Positions 28,468-37,872 of a stretch of DNA of 64,000 nt are shown here, one piece after another. Within the stretch, counting starts at the first letter, position 1. The number at the start of each line of letters is the position of its first letter. Source of the DNA: an uncultured Anaerolineales bacterium (GTDB lineage: Bacteria > Chloroflexota > Anaerolineae > UBA7937 > B3-Chlor); assembly GCA_964347945.1 (NCBI GenBank), contig CAYGAW010000109.1:752-64751 (forward strand). Direction: 5' to 3'. Made by a program: the position numbers and the translations under genes. The notes beneath the pieces are model-generated. The model was not told the origin of the DNA. It ran no database searches and was given only the letters and a program-made list of their open reading frames with translations.

Positions 28468-29067
28468 TCAGGATCCAGTGAAGAGCAACTCGCGGACCTT
28501 CCTCTTCAGATCTTCGATCTTCAAGGGCTTTGCCAGGTAGTCATCAGCGCCATAGTCCAGGATCCGCTGGATATTCTCCTCAGTGGCGAAGCCCGTTACC
28601 GCGAGGACCTTCACGTGAGAGGTCTTGGGATCCTCTTTCACCCTCCGACAGATCTCGAAACCGTCCATGCCGGGTAGCATGATATCCAGGACTATCAGGT
28701 CTGGCTCGAAGATCGCGAGTTGATGTCCGGCCTCGAAACCGTCATAAGCTGTGGAAAGCTCATACTCGCCCTCAAGGCTCAACGCACCTTCGATGAATGA
28801 AACCACCGCTGGCTCATCATCAACGATCAGGATGCGCTTTCTGTTCTGGCCTTTTCCAAAGAAACCTTCATCTACGAACATGCCGTGCCTCACTAGAAAG
28901 TCCCTGAAGTCGGTCCGCAGCACGCGATAGTGTCCGCCAGGCGTGGTGAAGGAAGGCAGCTTGCCGGAGTCGACCCGCTTGAGCACAGCCGCGGTGGTGA
29001 CCTCGCAGTAGTCCGCTATGTCGCCGGTAGTAAGGAACCTATCTTTTCTCAATGCTCTGTGCTCCAT
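28468..29067 (-). CDS. Response regulator with N-terminal excisionase/MerR-type HTH and C-terminal receiver domain
   Basis: TTGDIADYCEVTTAAVLKRVDSGKLPSFTTPGGHYR (Xis-family HTH), then ILIVDDEP...DIMLPGMDGF...KVLAVTG (REC). Confidence 0.8.
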   Translation of the reverse strand: MEHRALRKDRFLTTGDIADYCEVTTAAVLKRVDSGKLPSFTTPGGHYRVLRTDFRDFLVRHGMFVDEGFFGKGQNRKRILIVDDEPAVVSFIEGALSLEGEYELSTAYDGFEAGHQLAIFEPDLIVLDIMLPGMDGFEICRRVKEDPKTSHVKVLAVTGFATEENIQRILDYGADDYLAKPLKIEDLKRKVRELLFTGS

Positions 29068-29231
29068 GCCTGAGTTGTCATCGTTGTAGTTGTTAGAATC
29101 ATGGTCATAATTGGCGATGTTTCTATTAGTCTATCATGCTTTCAAGTGCGCGGCAATAGGAAGATGGTACTTTTTCTCTTTCGATCCGACTTGTGGTAGA
29201 ATCGCCTGAAGCACGGGGATGGAGAAAGCGT

Positions 29232-30686
29232 ATGTTCAACAGAGCACTCTACGGAATCTGCCTACCGCTGGTCGCGGCCTTGACGCTGTTTGGCCGTGCA
29301 GGGGCGTCAGGGCTGGTCGGGTCCGCAGACGCGGCGAGGAGTAGCCTAGATTTCTCCGTTTTGGCGACCTCTCTGGTCTTGCTGATCCCGGCGGGCCTGA
29401 CCGTGATGGCGGTGGCGGCTTCTGATGAGAAACAGGCTGCGAGTGTTGCGGCCGTGGGCATGGTGGGTATCGCGCTGGGCGTTGTCATCTGTGGGTTGAT
29501 AGGGTTCGGGTTGCAGTTCGGTGGTCTAGGCCTCATCTCCGACCTTCGAGGCTTGGTGCCACTGGTCTCAGAGTGGTCGCCGGTGGACAGGATCTGGGGG
29601 CCCGGGTGGGGAACAATAGGTTTGGACGGGTTCCTTCTCTTTGCAGAGACCCTGGACGAGGACCTACTCAGCGTGTTTCTCTATTACGGGGTCTTGGCTG
29701 GTACAGCAGTCTGCATCCCTTTGCTGGCTTTGACCAGACGTTTGACTTTCTTGGCTCTGTTGGGCTTCGGCCTGATGTTCGCTATCTTCGTCTACCCGGT
29801 GTATGGCAACTGGGCGTGGGGAGGCGGCTGGCTATCCCAGCTGGGCTCGACCGTGGGACTAGGCCACGGGTTCATCGATTTCGCGGGTTCTGGAACAATC
29901 CATGCACTGGGCGGGTTCTTTGCACTGGCGGGCATCTTGGTCTTCGGTGTGAGGCCACAAGAGGTGAACGAGGAGGCGAAACCGCCTCCTATTCACTTTC
30001 CGCTTCTGGGTGTGCTCGGCGCCCTTCTTCTGTTGATCGGATGGTTCGGCCTACTTACCGGCAAGCCGTTGCTGATGGGCAGTCTACCCCACGCGCAGCT
30101 AGCGGTCAATGTGCTTCTGGCCGCATGTGCAGGGATCTTGATGGGCACATTGTACACCTGGTTTGTCACGGGCTACCCGGATTTGCTCATGACAGGGCGG
30201 AGCACGCTGGCGGCTCTGGTAGCGATCAGCGCTTCTTGCCCCTTTGTTCCTGCATGGGCGGCACTGGTTATCGGTGGTCTGGCCGGACTGCTCGCTCCTC
30301 TGACCATCTACTTGTTGCGGGTGAAGTTCCGACTTGAGGATTCGACGAGCGCGGTCGCCGTACACGGCTGCGCCGGCCTGTGGGGACTGCTTGCTGTGGG
30401 CATATTCGCAGACGGAGCCAGCGGCCAAGGGTGGAATGGAGTGGGAGTTGGCGCATATCTGGATGTGGCCGGGCAAGGAGTATCCGGTCTCTTGGTGAGT
30501 TCTGGCTTCCAGCCGGATTGGCCGCAGCAGCTCTATGCCCAAGTGCTGGGCATAGTGGCCCTACTCCTTCTTGGTCTTGCGCTGCCGTGGCTGGCTCTTC
30601 GCGGCTTGAAGAGCCTTGCCCTCCGATTTGCTGCCCTGCGATCACAGATGGCGGCAATGAAGGATTGCACTCCTGCCGAGGAGTAG
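29232..30686 (+). CDS. amt: Ammonium transporter (Amt family)
   Basis: About 11 TM helices and the Amt signature DFAGSGTIHALGGFFALAG. Start at an internal ATG with GGAG upstream. Confidence 0.88.
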   Translation: MFNRALYGICLPLVAALTLFGRAGASGLVGSADAARSSLDFSVLATSLVLLIPAGLTVMAVAASDEKQAASVAAVGMVGIALGVVICGLIGFGLQFGGLGLISDLRGLVPLVSEWSPVDRIWGPGWGTIGLDGFLLFAETLDEDLLSVFLYYGVLAGTAVCIPLLALTRRLTFLALLGFGLMFAIFVYPVYGNWAWGGGWLSQLGSTVGLGHGFIDFAGSGTIHALGGFFALAGILVFGVRPQEVNEEAKPPPIHFPLLGVLGALLLLIGWFGLLTGKPLLMGSLPHAQLAVNVLLAACAGILMGTLYTWFVTGYPDLLMTGRSTLAALVAISASCPFVPAWAALVIGGLAGLLAPLTIYLLRVKFRLEDSTSAVAVHGCAGLWGLLAVGIFADGASGQGWNGVGVGAYLDVAGQGVSGLLVSSGFQPDWPQQLYAQVLGIVALLLLGLALPWLALRGLKSLALRFAALRSQMAAMKDCTPAEE

Positions 30687-30704
30687 ACTTGGGAGGGGTT
30701 GGGC

Positions 30705-31352
30705 CTACTCAGGTTGCTGTTGATCGCTCTGGAGTAGGGTCTTCACTTCCTCGTCAGAGGTCTGGTCAAAGACGTTGTAGAAGGCTCCTACGGCCCAGAA
30801 GATCTCCGGTGCGTGGAGACAATACAGTTCGTCAACTTCCCTCTTCAGTCTTTCTATGGTGTCCCGTGGTCCCACGGGCACAGCAAGCACCAGCTTGGCT
30901 GGATCTTGAGCGCGAATGGCCTTGATGGTGGCCAACGTAGTGGCCCCCGTGGCAACACCATCGTCCGCCAGGATGACTACTTTGCCTTTCAGTTCGAGGT
31001 CTGGCCGTTCGCCTCTGTATTCGGACGTGCGCCTCTTGATCTCCTGCGTTTGGCGCTCCGATTCCCTGTCGATGTAGTCTTGCGGCACGCCGAGTCGGTT
31101 TGCCAGTTCGTGATCCAAGATCAGTGTTCCGTCGCTGGCTACTGCGCCGATAGCTAACTCGGGGTTGCGTGGTGCCCCTATCTTCCGCGTGATGTAGACG
31201 TCGAGAGGCAAGTCCAAGGCCTCGGCGACCTCGTGACCGACCACTACCCCGCCTCGCGGGATGCCCAGGACTATCACATCGTCCTGTCCTTTGAACGGGG
31301 CTAGCTCTTGTGCCAGTGCCTTTCCTGCTTCGCGGCGATCCTTGAACAGCAT
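30705..31352 (-). CDS. Phosphoribosyltransferase-domain protein (Rv0571c-like PRTase)
   Basis: PRPP-binding motif VVILADDGVATGATT. Internal ATG (MLFKDRREAGKALA) gives about 215 aa. Confidence 0.8.
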   Translation of the reverse strand: MLFKDRREAGKALAQELAPFKGQDDVIVLGIPRGGVVVGHEVAEALDLPLDVYITRKIGAPRNPELAIGAVASDGTLILDHELANRLGVPQDYIDRESERQTQEIKRRTSEYRGERPDLELKGKVVILADDGVATGATTLATIKAIRAQDPAKLVLAVPVGPRDTIERLKREVDELYCLHAPEIFWAVGAFYNVFDQTSDEEVKTLLQSDQQQPE

Positions 31353-31365
31353 GTCGGCCTCTCTC

Positions 31366-31836
31366 TCATCCCTGGGCCAACGCCAGCGCTTTCCGAACCG
31401 CGTCGGCCGGGTCGGTGGCGGCAGTGATGCCACGTTCCTTATCCGAGCCTTCTTTGCTGAGCCGCCATGAGCCCAGCCCTACAACGGGAATGCCCAGCTT
31501 CAAGGCATGCGCTATCTCGGACAAGGTGCCATATCCTCCACTGACGGCGATGACCGATTGGGCTGAACTCACCACCACAACATTGCGCGCTTCTCCCATG
31601 CCCGTAACGATTGGAATGTCAACATAGGGATTGGCATCGTGCCAACTGCGACCAGGGAGGATACCGATGGTCAGTCCTCCAGCGGCCTTCGCCCCCCGGC
31701 AAGCGGCCTCCATGACCCCCCCCAATCCTCCGCATATGACGACGGCTCCTTTCTCAGCCAAGTGTTGGCCCACTTCCTCTGCCAGCCTGGCAGTCTCAGC
31801 CGAGCAGAGCCCATCACCAATGACCGCCACGAACAT
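31366..31836 (-). CDS. TIGR00725 / LOG-like (SLOG) Rossmann-fold nucleotide-binding protein
   Basis: VIGDG...GAVVICGGLGGVMEAACRGAKAAGGLTIGILPG pattern typical of TIGR00725/LOG-family proteins. Confidence 0.75.
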   Translation of the reverse strand: MFVAVIGDGLCSAETARLAEEVGQHLAEKGAVVICGGLGGVMEAACRGAKAAGGLTIGILPGRSWHDANPYVDIPIVTGMGEARNVVVVSSAQSVIAVSGGYGTLSEIAHALKLGIPVVGLGSWRLSKEGSDKERGITAATDPADAVRKALALAQG

Positions 31837-31838
31837 GT

Positions 31839-32423
31839 CTATCGCTCCAGATCGATGGCGGCCAAGCGACTATACTTTGCACCTGCCGGGGAGAGTTCGC
31901 TCTTCATCAGACTGACCTCGAGAACTGTCATTTCGCCAAGAAGATCGATACTTTGCTTCTCGATCAATCTGCCCAATTGACGGCGTTCCCCAGTCTCGAC
32001 GTGCCTGGCCACTCTCCCCAAGGTCAAGTGAGGGGTGTACTTTCGCTTCTCGGGGGGATGCCCCAAGGTCGACAGGCGATTCTCGATGCCACCCTGCAAA
32101 CGAGTAAGCGTCTCGGTGTCTCCATCCACACCTATCCAGATCACATTCGGCCTACTGGGACTGGGAAAGCAGCCAAGGCGTCCAAAACTCAACGCAAACG
32201 GCCGAATACCCCGGCTCCCTTGATTGATGGCGACAATTATCTCGTTGATCCTATCGGCGGGCACGTTGCCGAGGAACTTGAGGGTCAGATGTATGCCCCC
32301 AGGCTTCACCCAGCGCACCAAATCGGCGATGCCTCTGCCTTTGAGCAGGTCCTGGGCCTCCGTTAGGCGTTTCTTGAGACCATCGTCCAGCTCTATGGCG
32401 ACAAAAGTACGGATCTGTTCCAT
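31839..32423 (-). CDS. thpR: RNA 2',3'-cyclic phosphodiesterase (ThpR/LigT 2H-phosphoesterase)
   Basis: Two HxT/Sx motifs (HLTLKFLG and HLTLGRV), and N-terminus RTFVAIEL. Internal ATG, 195 aa. Confidence 0.85.
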   Translation of the reverse strand: MEQIRTFVAIELDDGLKKRLTEAQDLLKGRGIADLVRWVKPGGIHLTLKFLGNVPADRINEIIVAINQGSRGIRPFALSFGRLGCFPSPSRPNVIWIGVDGDTETLTRLQGGIENRLSTLGHPPEKRKYTPHLTLGRVARHVETGERRQLGRLIEKQSIDLLGEMTVLEVSLMKSELSPAGAKYSRLAAIDLER

Positions 32424-32472
32424 GACTTGCCGAGACCGATTATACCACACCTTTATCGCTTGCTTCAACCGA

Positions 32473-33309
32473 TCACGCGGGTCGAAGTCCAGCGTTGAGC
32501 ATCTTGTCAGCTGCCAGGAACCAGTATCTCTCGCCGTAGTCTTGTTCCGAACTGAGTGCTGCTGTGTAGTCGCGTACGCGAGTGGCCATCATCTCGGCAC
32601 TCTCGAAGAGGACGTGGACCTGAGAGGCGTAGGTGGCGATCGCATCGATCTTTGCTGTCAGACACTCTTCGCCAAAGCCCCGGATCTGCGACTCCCAAGC
32701 GTCGACGCAAATCCCTTCCAGTGCTTGAGTGAGGGCACCGGGCACCTCCACGTACGGGTAGTCCTCGTAGAAGACAACCTTGCGAAATGTGCCTCGGAGA
32801 GTCAGGACCGCCTCCCTTACTAGCTGATGGTCGACGTGATTGCCTACGCCCAGCGGGGCGAAGAGCTGTGGCTGCTGCCCAGAGCATATCTCTAAGATGG
32901 AGTCTGCTACGCGCGTCGCCAATTCAAGGTCGGAGGGATGCAGGGAGCCAAACAGGTCATCATCGCGTTCATAGAGAAAGGAGTGGCCATCATGACGATA
33001 GATGGCATCCAGGTATTCAAGACGCCAGCAGTGTGCGTGCAAGAGTCGGCTCGCTTCGTCGTCCTCCCGTCTTCGCACTGCCATAGGATTGGCAAGGCCT
33101 CCCCAACGCACATGCAGTTGGGCGGCGAGAGGTGAGATGTCGGGCGGCGAAGGAGAACCGGAGAAAATGGTGAGCACCAGCACGCCTCTGCCCGCTTGGG
33201 CTTGGCGATGGATTGACGCTCCGCATGACAGGACTGCATCATCCAAGTGTGGTGAGAGATAGACCACATCTGGTACCACAGCTTCATCTCCAGTGCTTAA
33301 GACTATCAC
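32473..33309 (-). CDS. PIG-L / LmbE-family N-acetylglucosaminyl deacetylase
   Basis: VVYLSPHLDDAVLSCG (PHxDD zinc motif) and downstream HxDH. 278 aa. Confidence 0.8.
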   Translation of the reverse strand: MIVLSTGDEAVVPDVVYLSPHLDDAVLSCGASIHRQAQAGRGVLVLTIFSGSPSPPDISPLAAQLHVRWGGLANPMAVRRREDDEASRLLHAHCWRLEYLDAIYRHDGHSFLYERDDDLFGSLHPSDLELATRVADSILEICSGQQPQLFAPLGVGNHVDHQLVREAVLTLRGTFRKVVFYEDYPYVEVPGALTQALEGICVDAWESQIRGFGEECLTAKIDAIATYASQVHVLFESAEMMATRVRDYTAALSSEQDYGERYWFLAADKMLNAGLRPA

Positions 33310-33385
33310 CTTCTTGGCGTCGAGTCCACAGACTCAACTGCATCCACTTGACATCGTTGCAGACTGTGGTATGATACCCTCAAAA

Positions 33386-33922
33386 ATGGAGGTCTTGACT
33401 ACGGTGAACAGGACGCTGTTTGGAATCCTCGTCGTCATTGCCGTGCTGGCAGCAGCATGCGGTCCCCCAGAGGTTCCCACCGTGCCGGGCGAGATTCCGT
33501 CGCCGCGACCACGGGGCACAGATACTCCTACGCCGGCCAGCGACGAAGAAGCGATCAGGCAGCTATTGAACGCGGAAGGAGAGGCTGTCGTTTCTCAAGA
33601 CATCGATCGCTTGATGGAGATCTGGGACCCGAATGGGGAGGTGATAGATGCCAACCACACACCTGACAACCCAGACGACGATCGTCTCTGGCCTGGGATA
33701 ACCGCCATACGAGAGAGATACGTCAACGAGATCTTTCCCTCTGCTCCCAGCTCGGTGACCCACCCCGATGTCGAATTGACGATAGAGGGCAATTCTGCGA
33801 CTGCCCTCACCACGACAACCATAGGCATAGATCACGCCCCTGGCGGTGACCGGTGGACATTCGCCAAGAAGGATGGTCGCTGGCTCATCGTGAGCCTGAC
33901 CTTCAATCTGGAACCGCAGTAG
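33386..33922 (+). CDS. Putative lipoprotein with NTF2-like (SnoaL/DUF4440-type) domain
   Basis: Lipoprotein signal (ILVVIAVLAAAC, lipobox LAAAC), a Pro/Thr linker, then an NTF2-like core (IRQLLNAE...IWDPNGEV...RWLIVSLTFN). The start is ambiguous: ATG at 33386 or an upstream alternative. Confidence 0.5.
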   Translation: MEVLTTVNRTLFGILVVIAVLAAACGPPEVPTVPGEIPSPRPRGTDTPTPASDEEAIRQLLNAEGEAVVSQDIDRLMEIWDPNGEVIDANHTPDNPDDDRLWPGITAIRERYVNEIFPSAPSSVTHPDVELTIEGNSATALTTTTIGIDHAPGGDRWTFAKKDGRWLIVSLTFNLEPQ

Positions 33923-34036
33923 GTAGTGCATTGTGGCCAGCCAAGGATAGGTGACACCGAGGTGGCGGTGGGGAAAGACATTGTTCCCTACCGCCTTCTT
34001 GTCACCAATCCGCTTCGATGATAAGGGAGGGACTCC

Positions 34037-35755
34037 GTGGGGAAACTGGATAGGCTCATCAGAGTGGCGCGGGGTGAGGAAGGGGCTGATCTTCTGTTCA
34101 AGAACAGTCGCCTCGTCAACGTTCTGTCTGGCGAGATTCACGAAGCTGACGTGGCTATCGCTGACACTCGTGTGGTCGGGATAGGTGATTACGAAGCCAA
34201 GGAAGTCCTGGACCTGGATGGCGCATATCTGTGCCCTGGTTTGATAGATGGTCATCTCCACATCGAGAGTTCCATGCTGCGCATTCCCGAATTTGCACGG
34301 GTGGTGGTGCCGCACGGGACGACGACTGTCATCACCGATCCACACGAGATAGCCAATGTCTTGGGGCTGGACGGCATCAGGTACATGATGGAGTCGAGCA
34401 AGGGCAATCCGCTGGGGGTGTATTTCATGTTGCCCTCCTGTGTGCCGTCAACTGACCTGGAGACCGCGGGCTCCCGATTGATGTCCTACGATCTTGCTCC
34501 GCTGCTCCACGAGGAATGGGTGGTTGGAGTCGCCGAGATGATGAACTATCCGGGTGTCTTGGATAGGAGTCCCGATGTCTTGGAGCGGATAGGCATCGCC
34601 AGTGATAAGCGGATCGATGGTCATGCACCGCATTTGGGCGGAAAAGACCTGAATGCCTATATCGCCGCCGGCATATGCTCTGATCACGAGAGCACCTCGT
34701 TCGAAGAGGCAAAGGAGAAGCTTCAGCGAGGGATGTACATCATGATCCGCGAAGGCGGTGTGGCCAAGAATATGGAAGAGCTCTTGCCCGTGGTGACGCC
34801 CGAGAATGCTCGCCGCTGCATGTTCGTGAGCGACGATAATGATCCAGCAGACCTGTTGGACAACGGGCACATGGACCGCGTCGTCAGGAAGGCGATCGGG
34901 CTGGGTCTGGAACCGATGCTGGCCATCCAGCTGGCGACTATCAATCCGGCTGAGTACTTTGGACTACGCCACCTGGGAGCTCTCGCTCCGGGCTATCGAG
35001 CTGACATGGTAGTCCTCGATGACTTCGAGCGTTTTGAAGTGAAGAAGGTCTTTCGCGGGGGGCAGCTGGTGGCCGAGGATGGAAAGATGCTGGCCTCGAT
35101 TGCGAAGCGTCCTCCGGTACCGCTCAGAGGCACAGTCAACGTCGCCTGGATAGAGCTGGAGCATTTCCGCATCAAGGGAGGCAGCGGGCGAGCAAGGGTG
35201 ATCGGCCTCACGGCGAATCAACTGGTCACGAAGCAGTTCTTAGAGGAGGTCAGGACGGTCGACGGGCTGGCAGTGGCTGACGTGGGGCGGGACATCCTGA
35301 AGTTGGCCGTGATAGAAAGGCACTTGGCGTCGGGGAACATGGGCCTGGGGTTTGTGAAGGGGTTTGGGCTGAAGAAGGGCGCCTTGGCTTCCTCGGTGGC
35401 GCATGATTCTCACAATATCATTGTCGTGGGCACCAACGATCTAGACATGATGACCGCTGCTGTCCAGATTGTGAAGATGCAGGGCGGTCTCGTCGTGGCG
35501 GCCGACGGCAGCGTCGTGGCGACTCTTCCCCTGCCCATCGCAGGTCTGATGTCCGAAAAGTCGGTCGAGGAGCTAAGGGCTGAAATGGAGGACGTCGAGC
35601 GAGCGGCAAGAGACCTAGGTTGCACTGTCCCCAACCCTTTCATGGCTATGTCATTTCTGGCCCTGCCGGTGATCCCCAGGTTGAAGTTGACCGACAAGGG
35701 CTTGGTTGATGTCAAGGAGTTTGATTTCGTTCCCTTGTTCGAGGATGGCGGCTGA
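34037..35755 (+). CDS. ade: Adenine deaminase
   Basis: N-terminal GLIDGHLHIESS metal-binding motif of amidohydrolases, and Ade-family length and architecture (572 aa). Confidence 0.88.
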   Translation: MGKLDRLIRVARGEEGADLLFKNSRLVNVLSGEIHEADVAIADTRVVGIGDYEAKEVLDLDGAYLCPGLIDGHLHIESSMLRIPEFARVVVPHGTTTVITDPHEIANVLGLDGIRYMMESSKGNPLGVYFMLPSCVPSTDLETAGSRLMSYDLAPLLHEEWVVGVAEMMNYPGVLDRSPDVLERIGIASDKRIDGHAPHLGGKDLNAYIAAGICSDHESTSFEEAKEKLQRGMYIMIREGGVAKNMEELLPVVTPENARRCMFVSDDNDPADLLDNGHMDRVVRKAIGLGLEPMLAIQLATINPAEYFGLRHLGALAPGYRADMVVLDDFERFEVKKVFRGGQLVAEDGKMLASIAKRPPVPLRGTVNVAWIELEHFRIKGGSGRARVIGLTANQLVTKQFLEEVRTVDGLAVADVGRDILKLAVIERHLASGNMGLGFVKGFGLKKGALASSVAHDSHNIIVVGTNDLDMMTAAVQIVKMQGGLVVAADGSVVATLPLPIAGLMSEKSVEELRAEMEDVERAARDLGCTVPNPFMAMSFLALPVIPRLKLTDKGLVDVKEFDFVPLFEDGG

Positions 35756-35873
35756 CACATCAGGTTCAGACTGCGGTCGTCTGAGAGCCCGAGCCGTTGG
35801 CTGAGTGGCCAGCCAAGGACCGGCGGCGGCTTCGCCCTGACGCCGCCGCGCCTGTAGGCTGCTTCCGCCTGGG

Positions 35874-36665
35874 TTATGGAGCTTCCAGGCCGTGTTGCTC
35901 AAGAAGCTGTGTGTCTTCGAGTAGTTGCTCCGTCAGTCCGTCAGCAACCACCTTTCCTCTATCAAGGATAACGGTACGAGGTAGTAGTTCCTTCACCAGG
36001 CGCATGTCGTGGGTCGCAACCACCATGGTCTGTGGCAATTCCCTCAGGAGCCGGATTAACCCCCGTCGCGCCCGTGGATCGAGTTCTCCGGTGGGCTCGT
36101 CGAGCGCCAGAATATCCGGCTGCATAGCCAACACAGTCGCTATAGCTATGCGCTTCTTCTCGCCCAGACTGAGGTGGTGAGATACCCGATCCTCGAATCC
36201 GGCCATCCCCACCTGGTCTAGAGCCCATCTCACCCTCTCGAGAACCTTTCCCTCTTCAAGGTTCATATGCAGCGGTCCGAAAGCAACATCCTCAAGAACG
36301 GTCGGGGAGAAGAGTTGATCGTCGGGATACTGGAACACGAGGCCGACTTGGCTGCGAATGGCTCCTAGGTTGCCGTCGCCCACTTCGGTCCCCATGATTC
36401 TCACCATCCCTCGGCCTCTCAGTATGCCATTGAGATGTAGCAGTAAGGTTGATTTCCCAGCGCCATTTGGTCCCACCAGCGCTACTTTCTCTCCCTCCCT
36501 GACAGCTAGACTGATGCCATCCAGCGCCTTCCTGCCGTCCGGATAACTGAAGGTCAGCGCATCCAGCTCAATGGCTGGACGACCCAGTTCCTCTGGCTGG
36601 TCGAGATGCCTGCCTCCGGCAAGACCTGTGCTTGGCCCGTTGCGCGGTTCGTCTAGCATCCCCAT
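35874..36665 (-). CDS. cbiO: ECF/cobalt-type transporter ATPase (CbiO/EcfA)
   Basis: Walker A GPNGAGKST, ABC signature LSLGEKKR, and Walker B ILALDEP. 263 aa. Confidence 0.9.
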   Translation of the reverse strand: MGMLDEPRNGPSTGLAGGRHLDQPEELGRPAIELDALTFSYPDGRKALDGISLAVREGEKVALVGPNGAGKSTLLLHLNGILRGRGMVRIMGTEVGDGNLGAIRSQVGLVFQYPDDQLFSPTVLEDVAFGPLHMNLEEGKVLERVRWALDQVGMAGFEDRVSHHLSLGEKKRIAIATVLAMQPDILALDEPTGELDPRARRGLIRLLRELPQTMVVATHDMRLVKELLPRTVILDRGKVVADGLTEQLLEDTQLLEQHGLEAP

Positions 36666-36669
36666 GTCT

Positions 36670-37473
36670 CTAGATCCTCAGGTGCGCTCTGCTCAGGGTC
36701 ACTATCGCAAGCAGGTAAGTTACGAATCCCAGACAGATCACGAAATCGGCCAGAGTCAGTTCCTCTGCCCTCATGGCACGAATGGTCCCATCGAAGCCTC
36801 TGCACAGCATGGCAGCGTAGATCCGTTCGCTCCTCTCATAGCTCCGCAGGAAGAGGGAGCCGATCATACCTCCCAGTACTCTGGCCCTCCACACGATGCT
36901 GTGACCGCCTTTCCCATCAGGTTCGGCGCTGCGAGCTTCTCTGGCGCGCTGCAGGCGTAGGGCTTCGTCAGCGATCACAAAGATGTAGCGATACATGAAC
37001 GAGATTATGGAGATGATGACTCTGGGCAGTCTAAGCCCTCTCATGGCGACCAGGAGATCTGGGAAGGTTGTCGTGGCGGTCAGCAGTGTGGCCACGAGCA
37101 GCGCCAGCCAAGCTTTGACCATGATGCTCGTGAAGGCAACCAAACCCTGATGCGTTATCGAGACATGCCAAGAACCCACTTTGAAACTACCGAGTGGAGT
37201 TCCGTCGATAGTGAACACGAGAGTCACGGCAGCAAGGGCGAACGGCAGGGCAACCATGGACCGCCTCAGTATGACCAGCGGAGGAACGTGGGAGAGAACC
37301 ACGACGATACCCATAGTCCCCAGGAGTAGCAGAAATGAGGGCCAGGCTCCGTGAGGGATGGCGGTGATGGCCACGATGAAGGACAGCGTCACGACGAGCT
37401 TCGGCCGCGCGTCTAGACGGTGTATCGGACTATCTTCTTCGTGATACTGGTCGAGAGCGTGGATGTGAGACAT
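36670..37473 (-). CDS. cbiQ: ECF transporter transmembrane component CbiQ/EcfT
   Basis: LDARPKLVVTLSFIVAI start, about 5 TM helices and the conserved Arg-rich C-terminus (ARxxR). 267 aa. There is a 4-nt gap to the cbiO start. Confidence 0.85.
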   Translation of the reverse strand: MSHIHALDQYHEEDSPIHRLDARPKLVVTLSFIVAITAIPHGAWPSFLLLLGTMGIVVVLSHVPPLVILRRSMVALPFALAAVTLVFTIDGTPLGSFKVGSWHVSITHQGLVAFTSIMVKAWLALLVATLLTATTTFPDLLVAMRGLRLPRVIISIISFMYRYIFVIADEALRLQRAREARSAEPDGKGGHSIVWRARVLGGMIGSLFLRSYERSERIYAAMLCRGFDGTIRAMRAEELTLADFVICLGFVTYLLAIVTLSRAHLRI

Positions 37474-37554
37474 TGATGCTCATGAGAACGCACCGCACCG
37501 GTGCACGAACAGAGACCTTCCGTCGACTGGATCCTGTCAGCGCGATGCCATCGG

Positions 37555-37860
37555 TTAGACCTGCCGGGTCTGGTCAGTGGATCGTCTGACGCGCAGAAGG
37601 TAGCCTACTCCAAGACCGACCCCGAATAGGATCAAGACGCCGATGAGTCCAGCCAGGATGGTGGCAAGTTGTTCGTGTCCCACCCCGGGCAGAACATAGT
37701 CGGGAATCAGCTCGTAGAGGGGATCCTGTGCCAAGCCCATGAAGCCTTGGTCCTCAGCTACCCTCTCCAGTCCGTCGGGCCAAGCAGAAGCCAAGGGAGA
37801 GAGCAGGACGAGTCCCAAGGCGATAAGCAGACCGACTGCCCACCACACTTTGTTTCTCAT
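37555..37860 (-). CDS. PDGLE-domain small membrane protein (CbiN/NikL-like accessory component)
   Basis: N-terminal TM, literal PDGLE motif (AWPDGLERVAEDQGF), and a C-terminal TM. 101 aa, 12 nt downstream of cbiM. Confidence 0.75.
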   Translation of the reverse strand: MRNKVWWAVGLLIALGLVLLSPLASAWPDGLERVAEDQGFMGLAQDPLYELIPDYVLPGVGHEQLATILAGLIGVLILFGVGLGVGYLLRVRRSTDQTRQV

Positions 37861-37872
37861 TCGTTCTCCCTC

